NCBI RefSeq assembly: GCF_000143415.4
Contig: NW_003314294.1
Span: 1,391,812-1,455,811 of the forward strand
Origin: Selaginella moellendorffii
Lineage: Eukaryota; Plantae; Lycopodiophyta
Length of the DNA: 64,000 nucleotides
Reading direction: 5' to 3'
Shown here piece by piece: positions 14,241 to 26,150 of the stretch. Positions within the stretch are counted from its first letter, which is position 1. Every line of letters begins with the position of its first letter. Below the pieces are notes generated by a model. The model worked only from the letters and a program-made list of their open reading frames with translations, did no database searches and was not told the DNA's origin. A program made the position numbers and the translations under genes.

Positions 14241-14689
14241 CCCAGAAACACACGCTTTGGGCTTTTACCCCAAGCCTCCCTTAGTACCAGGAGTTAATCT
14301 CTGGAACAAGCTCAAATCTAGACAGTTTCCATAAGTAGTATTTGGGATCGAAATAAGACTAACATAAAGGGCATGATAGCAAGGGTATTTGGTAGACATG
14401 GTAAGCTATCATCTAGCGATATTGAGGGAATAATCTCAATATGTGAGGGTTTTTGCCAAGCCAGTGTAAGACAAAGCAAAAGAGAACTAACAAGCCGGGC
14501 CAAATATGCTTGGTTAAATAGACATTTAGGAATTCCTTCTTTATGCTCATCAGTTTGCTAACACTTAGACAAGAGGGGCTATAAAAGGAACTAGCAGTAC
14601 TAACCTTCTGCCATTATGGTAATAAGGAAAGAGTGCTTATAAGGACTGGCCAACAAATATCTTTCAATACCCAAAATCATATTTGCGAC

Positions 14690-15279
14690 TCTATCTCTTT
14701 CCCCTTAAAACAACTAAAAAAGGAGTAATTGCTTGATGAGAGAGCCCTTAATGGCTATTTTATCCCCATTTATCCTTCAAGGTTCCAAGGATCCACAATG
14801 ATAGTCCCCAAGGTTCTAAGGATCCATGGTAATAATATATTCAAATTTCATCCTATGATCACATATGTTACATTCACCCCCCCTTTCAAAGATGTCAATG
14901 TCCTCATTGACTTTTGACTAACAACTTTTATTAAGCCTAGGGGAACCAACACCTCCATTTCCACACTAAATTTACCAATCCTTCCATTGTGCAGATTAGT
15001 TATTCTATATGAGGCAACTAATTATCCACCCATACCACAGTCTTATGGTGGATACCTTTGTTCGTGGATACTTGTGTGTATGATTTCAAATTTAGGGATA
15101 GGAATATACCTTGCTCAAGGGTATATTATATCTTTAAGTAGCCACTAATTAATGGGAATTGAACCCGTACCAGATGAGAGAGCCCTTAATGGCTATTTTA
15201 TCCTCATTTATTCCCTAAGGTTCTAAAGATCTACGGTGACAGTATATCCAAATTTCATCCCATGATCACATATGTTACA
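14690..15279 (-). mobile_element. TRIM-like miniature LTR element
   Basis: Two short direct repeats start TGTAACATATGTGATCAT on the minus strand (at 15279 and 14872). A TGGTAC PBS-like site lies at 15172 and a purine tract GAAAGGGGGGGTGAA at 14873-14887. The ~300-bp interior is non-coding. Confidence 0.65.
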
Positions 15280-15899
15280 TATAGTAAACTATTTTGATGA
15301 TCTCACAATCCAAATCTTCTGCCATCAAGCCTTCTATCCTTGCCCCAGGCTTCATTGATTTGCCTATTGCCCCTCTTGATGAATCTCAGCACAATCCTCA
15401 CCTAGCTATCAGTGTTTGTAATGAGAAGTGTTATCACCCTTATTTCACTTCCAACTCAAATGTGGTGTGATCACAAGTATGGCATCTATGACTATATTTG
15501 CTACATCATCTCCATTTCTCATAGAAATTCAAAAATGTCCTTGGCCCAATGTTTGCCTATGAGAATTATATGTCTAATGGGGCTTTTCATATTTTCCTCT
15601 TAAAAACCATAGAAGCCAATTTTGACATGCTTGAAATTGGAAAAGAGCATATGGGGTGGGGGTGGTGACGAGGGAGGATCCCTAGAACTAAAGTTCGGTT
15701 CTATGCAAATTAGATCAAGGAACTAGAGTTCAGTTCTATGCCACCCAAATCCATGCCACTCACTCCACAAATGCATGCTCCCTATCTGTACTGGTGGTGA
15801 ATTTTGCACCTTATCCATGATCCCCAACCTCATCTCTCCTATGTGATTGTGTCTACCAATGTGAAGGATTTAAATCGATCGTGAGATCAGTGAAGGTAC

Positions 15900-17870
15900 A
15901 CCACCCTTGCTTGATCTCCATCTATATGGTGCCTACAGTTTCCCAGAGATATAAGAAGCCTTTGGAGATGTATTGTCCTAGATCCCACAATGCAGTGAAT
16001 TGAGGAGGAATGTGCCATCTCTGATAATGGTGATGCTGCTACTGCCTGGAAGTCCTCTCCTCGCTGCTATGTGATTGATCCCCTCCAATTGGGATTGCTG
16101 TTTCCAGCTTCCCATCAGGCCATGCAAGTGTAGTGCCGCCACATTAGTCCCACGGCCTCATACCAGTATAGCCGTACCCTTGGCACTATCCATCTGGAAT
16201 TATGACCAAAGGCTGTGAGAATTACATGTAGATCTACACCATAAGGGTGGGAGTAGTAGTCTCAAACGACGTCTGAGTTCCATTATCAATCTATGACACC
16301 CTGTTTTGTAGCTGGCCAAGATTCTCTAATTACGGGGGTGAGGTTGTTTTAGATTGTGAAATCGAATTGGTGCCTTTGGTTGATAGTGTTCACATAGATT
16401 TGAAAAAGGACACTATCCTTCATCCGAGCATCACACCAACATTGGAGAGATTGCCAGGTCCAAAACTCCAATTTTTTTATCAATTCTGTCATTAGTGTGG
16501 AGAGGTTATGGCCCTGCAAGGTTCTACCTTTAGAGAAAGCATACACTTCACACATATATGATGCAATGTCTCCAAGCAAGAATCTCTATTGGGAGTAAAC
16601 CCATCTCCATATCTATAATCAGCTATGGGGCCTTGTACACCCAAAATTCTGCTGAGATGAAATTTTTATTGATTGCTTTAAGTTTGTCAGTACTGGACCC
16701 CAACTTTCTGTCCGTACAAGGCCACATCAATAGGTGTGTTTGACACCCCACTTGTGTACATTGGCTTTATGGCAATCTGATTAGAGGAGTGCATTAGCCC
16801 TTGCTGTTGATGTTCTACTCCAATTTTCCATTGGAGACATTGATCAATGGTGTATCCTAGGTACTTATAATTCTCTGTGTGCTCAATCCATTCCCCTTTG
16901 TAGTGGAATTTGCTTGCTGTGTCCAGGCCAAAAACCATCCTCTTTGCCTTCCATGAAGTCACAAAATTGGGCCAGGGTGTCTAGTTAGAGTTGAAATTCC
17001 AGTGGCCTGGGGGCCAATAGAAAGAGGTCGTCCACATATATGAGCAGCTGCAGAATCATCCCAGCAAGCAAGATTGAGGAGGGAGTGCACCTTGCCATTA
17101 GCGTTTCCAACCCATCGTTGAATATGCCAAAACGGGTGGGTGACAAAGGGCAACCTTGTTGGACACCTGTGTCACAGTCAATCTGAGTATGCTGTAGAAT
17201 GTCTGCTTTCATATTTTTCGTAAAGCCTGATGAACTCTAGTGTTATCTCATGAAATCATGCAAATAGTCTCCTTGATACCTTGTTAAAAGCTTTTACTAT
17301 GTCAACGTAGCATGCATAAACTGAGGTTTGCAGATGTGAATGCAGTTTGTCCAGGGCTACCTGCAGCATCACCAAGTGGTCGATGCAACTATGGAACCTG
17401 GCCTACCCTCTCACTTTTCATCCTTCCAGCTCACAAGATGCTGCTCAATTCGTGAAGATTGTTGAGATCATTACTACGATTTGTCAACACAATCTTGCCA
17501 GCCTCTTACGTCCATACTGGTACACTTCATGTGCTTTTTTTTGCAGAATACTGGATCTGCTCGAGTGCCTTGAAGAGGGAGTCGAGGAACTGGGATCTTG
17601 TAACGATTATCAGCCCAAGCGGTATCCCAAGAAGTGCCTTGTGGGAGATTTCTATATCGCTGAGAAGGTATACTCGGTTTTTTGATAATTTTGCATTCTT
17701 GAGTTGACTCCAACTTAATCTTCTACACTTCATTCAGTGGTATGTTTTACCCACTGGGGACTCTCAACTTTTTGAGTCCAGAGGCACGTTGTGGAGGCCA
17801 TGCTAAGACTCGACAAAGTGTTTGCCAGGAGGGCCAAAAGGTTTCATGAAGTTGCAAGGCCGTGTGATCA
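15900..17870 (-). mobile_element. Degenerate non-LTR retrotransposon (LINE) RT region
   Basis: GVQQGCPLSPTRFGIF, LLIYVDDLFLLA and ENYKYLGY motifs in ORFs 16985-17212 and 16687-16962. Boundaries are approximate. Confidence 0.8.
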
Positions 17871-18087
17871 TGAGTGCAGATCCTGAAGTGAAGAAAGGAA
17901 CTTGCGCTTTACTTCTTGCTTAACGTGCCTGCTTGTAGTAACCTGCGGGATGAAGAGCTGCAGGCGCTGATTTGCTGAGATGGGGAGACGAGACGCTGAA
18001 GAGCTTCACTCTCCTGCAGAGGGGGATGTCGATCAATTAGATAATTAATGTGACCAAAGTGCCTTAATAGGTTCTCCTCGTCATGCC

Positions 18088-18903
18088 CATGGTTGGTCCC
18101 GACCATTCCGAATGCCGACCGGCCAACCGGCTGACCGTGGTTATCGACTGGCTGTGAAAATGCCAAACGGCCGAACGGTTCACAAAATTTTTTTGATAAA
18201 AAAAAAAAAACATTTTTAATAAAACCATATTAATAAAAGTAGGAAAACCAAAGCATTAAACCAAACCAAACCAAAGCATTACAACTACTACTCATCTTCA
18301 ACATTTTTGGCAAGTTCCTTAACATTTCTGGCATCTTTCTCAACAATCACATCTTCATTTGGAAGATCTTTTTCAGCTAAATCTTCTATACCAAGAGATT
18401 CAAGCCTAGCTTGCATCTCTACAATCCTCGTTCATTGTGGTTCGATTGCAATTGATCTCTAGGAATTTCTAGAATTTCCATTTTAGGGCAAAAATTTCAA
18501 GTGTTGCGGACTGGGCGATTTGATTTGCGAGGCAGCGAGCTGCTCTGCTCCACACTCAATCGAAAGCAGAGGCCAGAGAGTGTCGCCCTGTAGAGCTCGG
18601 TATGCACGCAGCTCCTATAGGCTTTAGGCCTCTTCGTCGGATTCTATGTAAGCTTGCTGGGCAGCTGGGCTGGGCATTCGTGGATGGAATCCGATGGATG
18701 GATCTCTCCATAGCAGCAGGAGAACAGCAAAGCAGTGGAGATGCAGTGGCGATAGCGATAGCCACTGCAGCATCAGAAATCTAGCGCGATCACCATTTTT
18801 TTTTTGCCGAACGGAATACCGAACGGAGCTGTCCGACCGTGTTCGGCCGACCGCGTTCGGCGGCGGTCGGGATTTCGGCCGAACGCGTTCGGGACCAACC
18901 ATG
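18088..18903. mobile_element. Non-autonomous hAT-type DNA transposon (816 bp)
   Basis: 15-bp perfect TIR CATGGTTGGTCCCGA / TCGGGACCAACCATG. 8-bp TSD GTCATGCC (18080-18087, 18904-18911). Subterminal CCGA/TCGG repeats. Confidence 0.9.
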
Positions 18904-19124
18904 GTCATGCCCAGAAGGTTCTACAAGTTTGACTAATGGCTCCGTTGATTCCAACACGAGATGATAGAAAGGGACCGAAAGACTCGCTCTTCACTTGAAT
19001 GTGTCACGTCCAGCGTAGGTCTCTCGACCCATCTCGCGATTCAGCATTGGAAATGCGGTAGTTTCTAGCAGGTACGCCTCTCTTTCGCTGCCGTCTGGAT
19101 CTAATTTCTCGTTCTCTCCTGCAG

Positions 19125-22065
19125 ATGATTATCCCTTTCCAATGTAGAAAGCGGTGGCTTCTTGTGACTTTGTGTGCCTTCCTTATGCTCCAAAGCTTCG
19201 AGCCTGGTGCTGCATCCGTTGAAGAAGGTAATGAGCAAGCGTACAGATTCTGGTTCCTCAAATTTTCCTCCAGGGGACGAGCTGCGTTTCTTTAAGAGGA
19301 GTTTGGGAGATCCGGAAGTTTTGGAGAGCTGGAGGGAAGAAAGCGATCCATGCCGAAGCCGTTGGTATGGAGTCACTTGCTCAAACACCAGCAGCGTGAC
19401 TGAACTGTAAGGCTGTTTGTACTTATCAGTTTCCTGTTGAGCTTAGCTCGTCCTTGTTGCAGAGATCTGAGTAATCTACTTTTACAAGGCAGCTTGGCAT
19501 CAGGCACTTTTGCAAAACTTCCAGGCGTAACGAAGCTGTAAGTTTCAGACTTTGTAGAAAAAACTTCAGACTTTGTAGAAGAAAACTTCCTACTTTTGTC
19601 CTGCAGGGTTTTAGCTAACAATAGCTTCACAGGAGACATTCCAGATAGTTTATTTGGTCTGTCAAATCTCACTCACTTGTAAGTAAAATTTCTCTTTCCA
19701 TTTTGTTATCTCAGATTGTTTCTATCTACCAGAGATGTTTCGTACAACCTTTTCTCAGGAATGCTTGGTAGTGGATTTGAACATCTAACTAAACTACAGA
19801 TACTGTACGGTATCATTTCTCTAATCTTTCTCATCCTTAATTGATTCTCGTAGGTCCCTTACTGGAAACCCGTTTAATACGGGGACACAACTTGACTTCA
19901 GAGAGCTTATAGAGCTTGAATATGTGTAGGTGCCTCTCTTTTCTTTCCTACAATGTTTTCATGCATAAAATCATCTTGCTTCTCGTTCTTTTGATAGGCT
20001 GTTGGGTGGCTGTGGCTTTACACAAAGCCTTCCACCAGGAATTTTTCTGCTACCAAAACTATATGCTTTGTAAGTCTAAATTTTCTAAGCAATTTCTCAC
20101 CATTTGTTACTGCCTAGTAGGGACTTGGAAGGCAACTCGTTCAGTGGAGCACTGACTGATGAGATCCGGCAAACAACAAGTCCCTTGACCGTGTTGTAAG
20201 CGACTGAGTTCTCATGTATTGTGCATTTGAACTTATTTCTCTTTCAGGGGGCTTCAAAACAGTGGGATTTCTGTTGATCTCAACCCCACCACCATCCGCT
20301 ATTTCCAAAACCTCCGCTATCTGTAAGCACGAAACTAAAATCTTACCTCGTCGTCACCTTCTGAACTAAAATGCAGGTCCTTACCTGAAGACGTGATAAA
20401 ATATGTCCCTACTGTGCTTCAAGGAAGGTTGCCAAGGCAAGTGAAGATGAATCTCTTTGTGATGGTGCTAAATTTGTGGGTTAGGCAGTATCCAGAATTC
20501 TTTATGCATGTACGTAACATGGATCAAATGCGAAACTCCGTCCCACGCGAAACCGAAAGCTTCAGATGAACCAGCTCCTCCACCTGGAGCACCGAAAAGC
20601 AAAAACACCGCAGCTATTATAGGCGGTGTTGTCGGAGGGGCTGCATTTTTTATCGCAAGCTCTTGTCTGGCGATTTATTGCATACTAGCGAGGCGCCAGA
20701 AATGTGTAGTGACAGGTAACTTGCTGTTAATACTGTGTTCTGTTTGATCTTCTTTGTTTTTACCTTTCTCGCAGACTTTACTGTGAAGGCAGGATTGGAG
20801 CTAGAAGTTGTCACGAGTTCTCAATCTTTTGTCGTTGCTCACGCTTTCACTTATGCGGAACTCGAGCAAGCTACCGATAAATTTAACATGAGAAACCTGG
20901 TTGGGGAAGGCAGCTTTGGTCAAGTGTTTCGGGGGATCCTCACGAATGGCAAGGTGAGAAAAGTATATTTCATAGACAGCATGTTGGAGCTTCCAAAAGT
21001 TGGATGTTTTCAGGTGGTTGCTATCAAAAGAATGGATACATTTGCTGGTCAGTGCGCGGAGGCAGAGAAAGAGTTTCGTATCGAGGTTGATTTGCTTAGC
21101 CGTATGAACCATCCGCACCTGGTGAGGCTGTTTGGCTACTGTGCGGACGGGAGTCAAAGATTGATTGTCTACGAGTTCATGTCTAATGGTTCACTTGAGA
21201 GCTACTTTGCAGGTAATCTGCCGCTTCTTCTCTTGCTTTCTTTTTCTCAGACGTGATCTTTCCAGGTCGATGCTTATATAGGAGTGGATTCAAACTAGAT
21301 TTTCGGAGGCGACTGCTAATCTCTTTGGGTTGTGCCAAAGGCTTAGCTTTCCTGCACGCTGGAGGAGAGGATGGCGATCCTATTGTTCACCGCGACTTCA
21401 AGTCTTCAAACATTCTTCTCGATTCTTACTTCTCCGCTAAGGTAAGTAGCAATCATTCCATTTGCCTCGTTTCTTCCACTTACAAGTTTCTCTTAGATAT
21501 CCGACTTTGGATTTGCCAAGCTTCTTCAAAGGAACCAAAGCCATGCCAGCACCCGCGTGATTGGAACATTTGGCTACTTCGATCCACACTACACGGCAGT
21601 GAGTAATCTCTGCGAATTCCAATAGTAGTGTGTTGTGTTAACCCGAGTGCTATAACCTGGATCAGACCGGGCGACTCACCGTGAAAGCGGATGTGTACAG
21701 TTTCGGCGTGGTACTCTTGCAGCTACTCACTGGGAAGCCTGCGGTGGTTTCATTTGGAGGGGATGACGTTCCACAAAACATAGTGTCTTGGGTGAGTTAT
21801 GTTAATTCTCTTCCCATGAACTTTGGAGAGGTGAGCTCTCGGAACTTTGCAGGCGGAGCCTTGTCTCAATGACAAGAGAAAGCTCAGGAGGATTTTGGAC
21901 AAAGATTTGGGCTCTACTTACCCACCAAAGTGTGCTCACAAGCTCGCTCTTTTGGCATCGTGCTGCCTGAGAGAGAACGCGGAGGCGAGGCCAAGCATGG
22001 CTCAGTGCGTACAAACGATCGAAGAAATTCTCGTGGAGTGCGCAATGCACCTCGAAAACGTGTAA
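19125..22065 (+). CDS. LRR receptor-like Ser/Thr kinase (multi-exon)
   Basis: Signal peptide [22 protein letters not shown]; [22 protein letters not shown]; single-LRR exons; [28 protein letters not shown]; [48 protein letters not shown]. The 3' end is tentative. Confidence 0.9.
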
Positions 22066-22295
22066 AGAACAGTTCCACAGCATCAGAATGCACAGTTCGC
22101 AGCTCATTCCCTGGGGGAAGGACAAAATGTACGAGAGATAATCATCTGCGAAATTAAAGGTAGAACCAAAGAGAGAATTTTGATCTGAAGAACCAGCTTA
22201 CCCTCTAGCTTCTAGCGGATTTCCGAAGCTCGACGGCGTCGATGGATTGGAAGCGACAAGCGAGTCTTTCGCGAAAAAGAACGTATCTTTTTTCT

Positions 22296-23480
22296 TCATC
22301 TCTTGGAATCGAGAGTACAGATTTCCTCGCCCGTGTTAGCGAGCCAGTAGTCATATTTGTAGTCGTCATTCATCTTCTTCTTTGCTGCCTTCTGACCCTG
22401 GCGATTACTTGACGAGAGTCTGCTCGCAAGTAGGGAGATAAGCTCTAGCTGCTTGGCCTGCTGATCCTGGAAATAAATCGAGCACACAGAACCAGCCAGC
22501 TTCTTAGAAATGCTTCCAAAAGACGTACCTGTATAGCCATCAAGGCGCTTCGAGTTTCTTTAAGCTCCTCTTCAAGCAAAGTTTCACGATGGGAGAGAGC
22601 TTTCACAGCGGAGGCCATATCTGCTGCCAGTTTCGCCGTCTACAAAAACATCAAGGATGAGAGGCGCATTCTCTTGATGAAAAGCAACAATGGCGAACCT
22701 GATGGATTGGATCTTGGAGCGTTCGTTTAGTGACTTGCACACGCACACCAAGCTTCTCGAGTTGTCTGGTTAGAGCACGGATGAGCGTGACCGAGCCAAG
22801 GAAATCGTGTTCCAGGCTCGCCACCCGCTGTGCCAGTGCTAAGTTGGAGCTCTCCTTGAGAATCCTTTCCCTTGGTTGCGGCTGGACGGATCTTAGAATG
22901 ATGTTGATGAGCAAAGCCAGCCATAGTGGGACGAGTTGCCAAGTGGAAAGTGCCGCATATTTGAGCTGTCGTGGAGGTGCATGGCCTGGAGATACTTCTA
23001 GCTTCACAAAAAACAACTAAGAACACTGCTGCGAGAAAGAAAAAAGAAAGAAAAAGAAGACGAACGATTCGACTTACGCATTGTTCCTGGGTGGAAGAAG
23101 GCCGGATCAAGCATCCAGCCTGCGAGACAACGGCAGCCGAGAGGCAAATCCCCTCGCCAGTAGCTAGAATTTGCCTGTAGTTGATCCCCCGCGTCTCCTC
23201 TCCTTCATGCTTTGCTGAAATCCAATTGAGCGATCGATTGGAGCGGCAAAGGAACCATACCTGATGGCGACGATGAGCAGCGAACGACGGTGAGGAACTT
23301 GATCGCGTTGCAAGCAGTGCACAGGCACGTCAAAATCTCGGCATTGCTGAGAAATCTGGGAAAGCGAAGCTGGGATTTCTTTCCGGATTGTCCCTGAGCC
23401 GCGATCAGACCAGCGGTAGGGGTAGATCCTAGAAGCGAGCACCTGACGCTGTTGCGCTGGTACACAGCCAGGGCGGCCAT
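22296..23480 (-). CDS. Uncharacterised, likely plastid, transmembrane/coiled-coil protein (resembles the Arabidopsis AT5G65250 family)
   Basis: Transit-peptide-like start MAALAVYQRNSVRCS; IRALTRQLEKLGVRVQVTKRTLQDPI and QDQQAKQLELI exons; GT-AG introns on the minus strand. The family assignment is from memory and unverified. Confidence 0.75.
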
Positions 23481-23530
23481 TCCTCGCTAAAACCCCTAAA
23501 TGCAAGATAAGAGCTAGGGTTTTGTCTCTC
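23481..23530. promoter_or_regulatory. 50-bp divergent intergenic with telo-box
   Basis: TAGGGTTT at 23515-23522 and AAACCCCTA at about 23490, between two head-to-head start codons. Confidence 0.45.
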
Positions 23531-24922
23531 ATGGCTGGAGAGCTCTGTAGCTGTGGCAGCGGCCTTGCGAGCGCGTGGGAAAGGCGCCATAGAATCAGTG
23601 CTGCTCCACGTCTTGTTCTCGATCGTCGTCGCCTCCAGATTTTGGCTGCTGCATCCCCGGGTAAGAGGAGAGAACTCTTTGGTGTCTCTTTCTTGGTGGA
23701 AACTCTCACATTCCTTGCTCTTATCGATATCCAGGCAGCAAGAGAAAGACTAGAGGCAAGAAGGACGACTCCGACTTGAAGTCCAAGTCATACACGGACG
23801 AGGAAGTTTACAACATCAGCCGCGGATGGAAGATCAAGGCCGAGCCTAACGAGAAGGTATGAGAAAAAATTTCTAGAAAGTCTTGTTTTTCCTCGCTTGA
23901 TGTTTATAGCGATTTCCAGGTTGTAGAGATGGCGGGCTTGAAGTTTCCTGCCAGCCTGAATAAACTGAGTGACCAAGATAAGGCGCCCCTTCTCGAGCCT
24001 CGGACAGTTCACAAACTTTTGCGGGTATACACTAGCTCGAGGTTGGATTTCTTAAGACTGCTCGATGTCTATCTCACTGCTACACAACTATCGGGTATGT
24101 TTCTCTTGGTCAGGTTATGGGTGGCAAAAACAATGGAAAGAAGCTCTTGTCGCCAAACGATTCCTCCGTAAGGCCGATGATGGAAGTTGTCCGAGGCGCT
24201 GTTTTTAACATGCTACAGGTAAAGAAAAAAGAGGATATCTTCCGTCTATGACACTCACCTATGTTTGAATCAAGGCACGCGGAGGATACACGGGAGGTTT
24301 GCCTCCTGGGAAATGGCTAGACCTCTACAGCGGTACTGGCTCTGTTGGAATCGAAGCGTTGAGCAGGGGTTGCTTGGCAGTAAGTTTCATGGTGAATTCT
24401 ATGATCCGTATTGAAGCTTTTTTTTTTTTTAAGGCACATTTTATAGAAATGGACCCATGGGTGATATCCAAGGTTCTCAAGCCCAACCTTGAAGCTACGA
24501 ATTACACAGAACAGTCGGTAGTTCACATGCTCAAGGTGGAAACTTACCTCGAGAAGCAGGCAACCAATCCAAAGGCCGAAGTTTTCGACTACATAAGCGT
24601 CACTCCCCCTTACGAAGCTGTCCATTATCCCACGCTTATGGAGCAGCTTTCTACCTCTCCTCTGGTGGGAGACTACACTTACGTGGTTAGTCAGCATTTG
24701 GTTCCTAGATTTTGCGTGATATACTCTTTTGTTTCTTGTCCCAGATTGTAGAGTATCCTTTGAAGTCGAAACAAGAAATGCCGGAGGCCTGTGGACCTCT
24801 TGCAAAGGTATTCCTCTTCTCCCTTGAAAATCATCCTGTGGAAACTTGACTCTTGTGTCATCCAGATTGTAGATAGGCGCTATGGAAGAACGCATTTGGC
24901 AGTTTACGGGCCAAATCCTTGA
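23531..24922 (+). CDS. RsmD: RsmD/YhhF-family 16S rRNA m2G966 methyltransferase, plastid-type (multi-exon)
   Basis: GKKLLSP..VRPMMEVVRGAVFNMLQ; WLDLYSGTGSVGIEALSRG SAM motif; FIEMDPW; VTPPY; DRRYGRTHLAVYGP. Confidence 0.9.
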
Positions 24923-25002
24923 CACAAGTCTATAGTCATCGACTTTCAAGACAAAACAGGACTGGGAAACTTCAATTAACGAGCTATACAAAATCGGTCT
25001 TT

Positions 25003-25996
25003 TCATTTCTTTTGCTGCTCTTCGCTATCTTTCCAGGTCGCTTGCCATTGCTTGTCGTAGAATGTCGACTCCTTGACCAGCGTTTTGATAGTTTCCAAGT
25101 CCTCGTTCTTCCTGACCAGCAGGATTCCAACCACGGTGATGAGGAGCAGTAGCTTGCCAACGAAGCTGTTCGTTTGGTCCACCAGGCCCACCCCAGTCAA
25201 GCTGTCTATCAAGTACGCCGCGAAGAATCCCACCATCGCTGCTCGGCCTGGAGGGAGAAAAGAAAAGACCAAAGAGTTTCTCGACAGGCGTCCGAAGGCC
25301 AGAAGGAAACACGTAGCTTACCATTCAAGAGCTCCGCCTCTGGCAAGTGGAAGCGTCGGACCCACGCCCACCACGGGACGGTGGCCGTGTCAAACAGCAC
25401 AGGATCGTCGTTGCTCGAGGCCTCGGGATTCTCTTCTAGCCACTTTCTTCTCAACACCTCTGCCGATCGATCAAGTCAGTAAGCAAAAACAAAGCGAAAA
25501 AAGTAGGATCTCGCCACTCACCAGCATCAATCACAGCATCCCAATCCATCTTGCCGTTCTTAACAAACTTGGTCATGTCCCAGTTGCCATTCTTCCACCT
25601 TGGATCCTCAAACTTTTCTCCGGAGACCGCGGAGCTCTTCTTTCCCAAGGCAGCGGGGCTGGGATCCTTCCCTTCGGCCGCTTCTCCCCGCAGCGTACCC
25701 CCTTTCTCCAGGGGCGATGGCTTCTTCTTGCCCGACGATTGAGCAGTGGAATCCCCCTCCTCCTTCTGCGGCAAAACAGCAACCTCCGAGGGCGCCGAAT
25801 TCGTCGCCGGAACGCGCTCCTCCTCCGATGATGCCATGGCGATGGCTACTCTTCCAAATCTCTTGTTGCCGCGCCCGAAATCCCTGGCCGATGCCGCCGC
25901 GAGAGGAATGCGATGTCGCGAGCGATTGCACGAAGCACTGACACACCTGGGAGAGCCGCCTCCCACGGGCGCCATCGCGGTCGCTGCCATCGCCAT
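25003..25996 (-). CDS. LIL3: Light-harvesting-like protein 3 (3 exons)
   Basis: [20 protein letters not shown] / [28 protein letters not shown] / RAAMVGFF (LHC motif), preceded by a transit peptide. Confidence 0.93.
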
Positions 25997-26150
25997 ATCT
26001 CTCCTCCTTCCTGCCCTAAAATGCGGAGTTTGACCACGTTTGACTTGTTATCGCCTATTTCAAGATGGCCAGCTGGGCCGTCCATTTGCGCGCCATTTCT
26101 ATTCCTTTTCTTTCCCCTTTCTAGTCTTGCTTTTAGGGTTTACGCGCGGC

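Larger units (their letters stand above)
7007..14690 (-). mobile_element. Degenerate Ty3/gypsy chromovirus-type LTR retrotransposon (gag-ZnK-PR-partial RT-RH-IN-chromodomain)
   Basis: gag EDWVYDMENYF..AKTWWRQV (10822-11238); CFYCEESGHRSSEC knuckle; RH FEVHCDAFSYAIGAMLQQ; IN HHCC and SVTLDFVTCLP; chromodomain KYEVEAIL. LTR ends TGCACTACA at 7007, 11805, 12745 and 13033. Met-type PBS TGGTATTAGA(A/G)G at 12731-12742 and 11791-11802. Confidence 0.9.

Noticed and set aside
13216-14297. Three ORFs over 300 aa
   Set aside because: They are translations through the N gap.
14500-14560. Hammerhead ribozyme core CTGATGAG on the minus strand in the LTR
   Set aside because: No stem II followed by GAAA, and the homologous LTR at about 51810 has CGGATGAG.
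24317-25831. Long ORFs 24317-25006(-) and 25073-25831(+)
   Set aside because: Antisense shadows of the RsmD and LIL3 exons.
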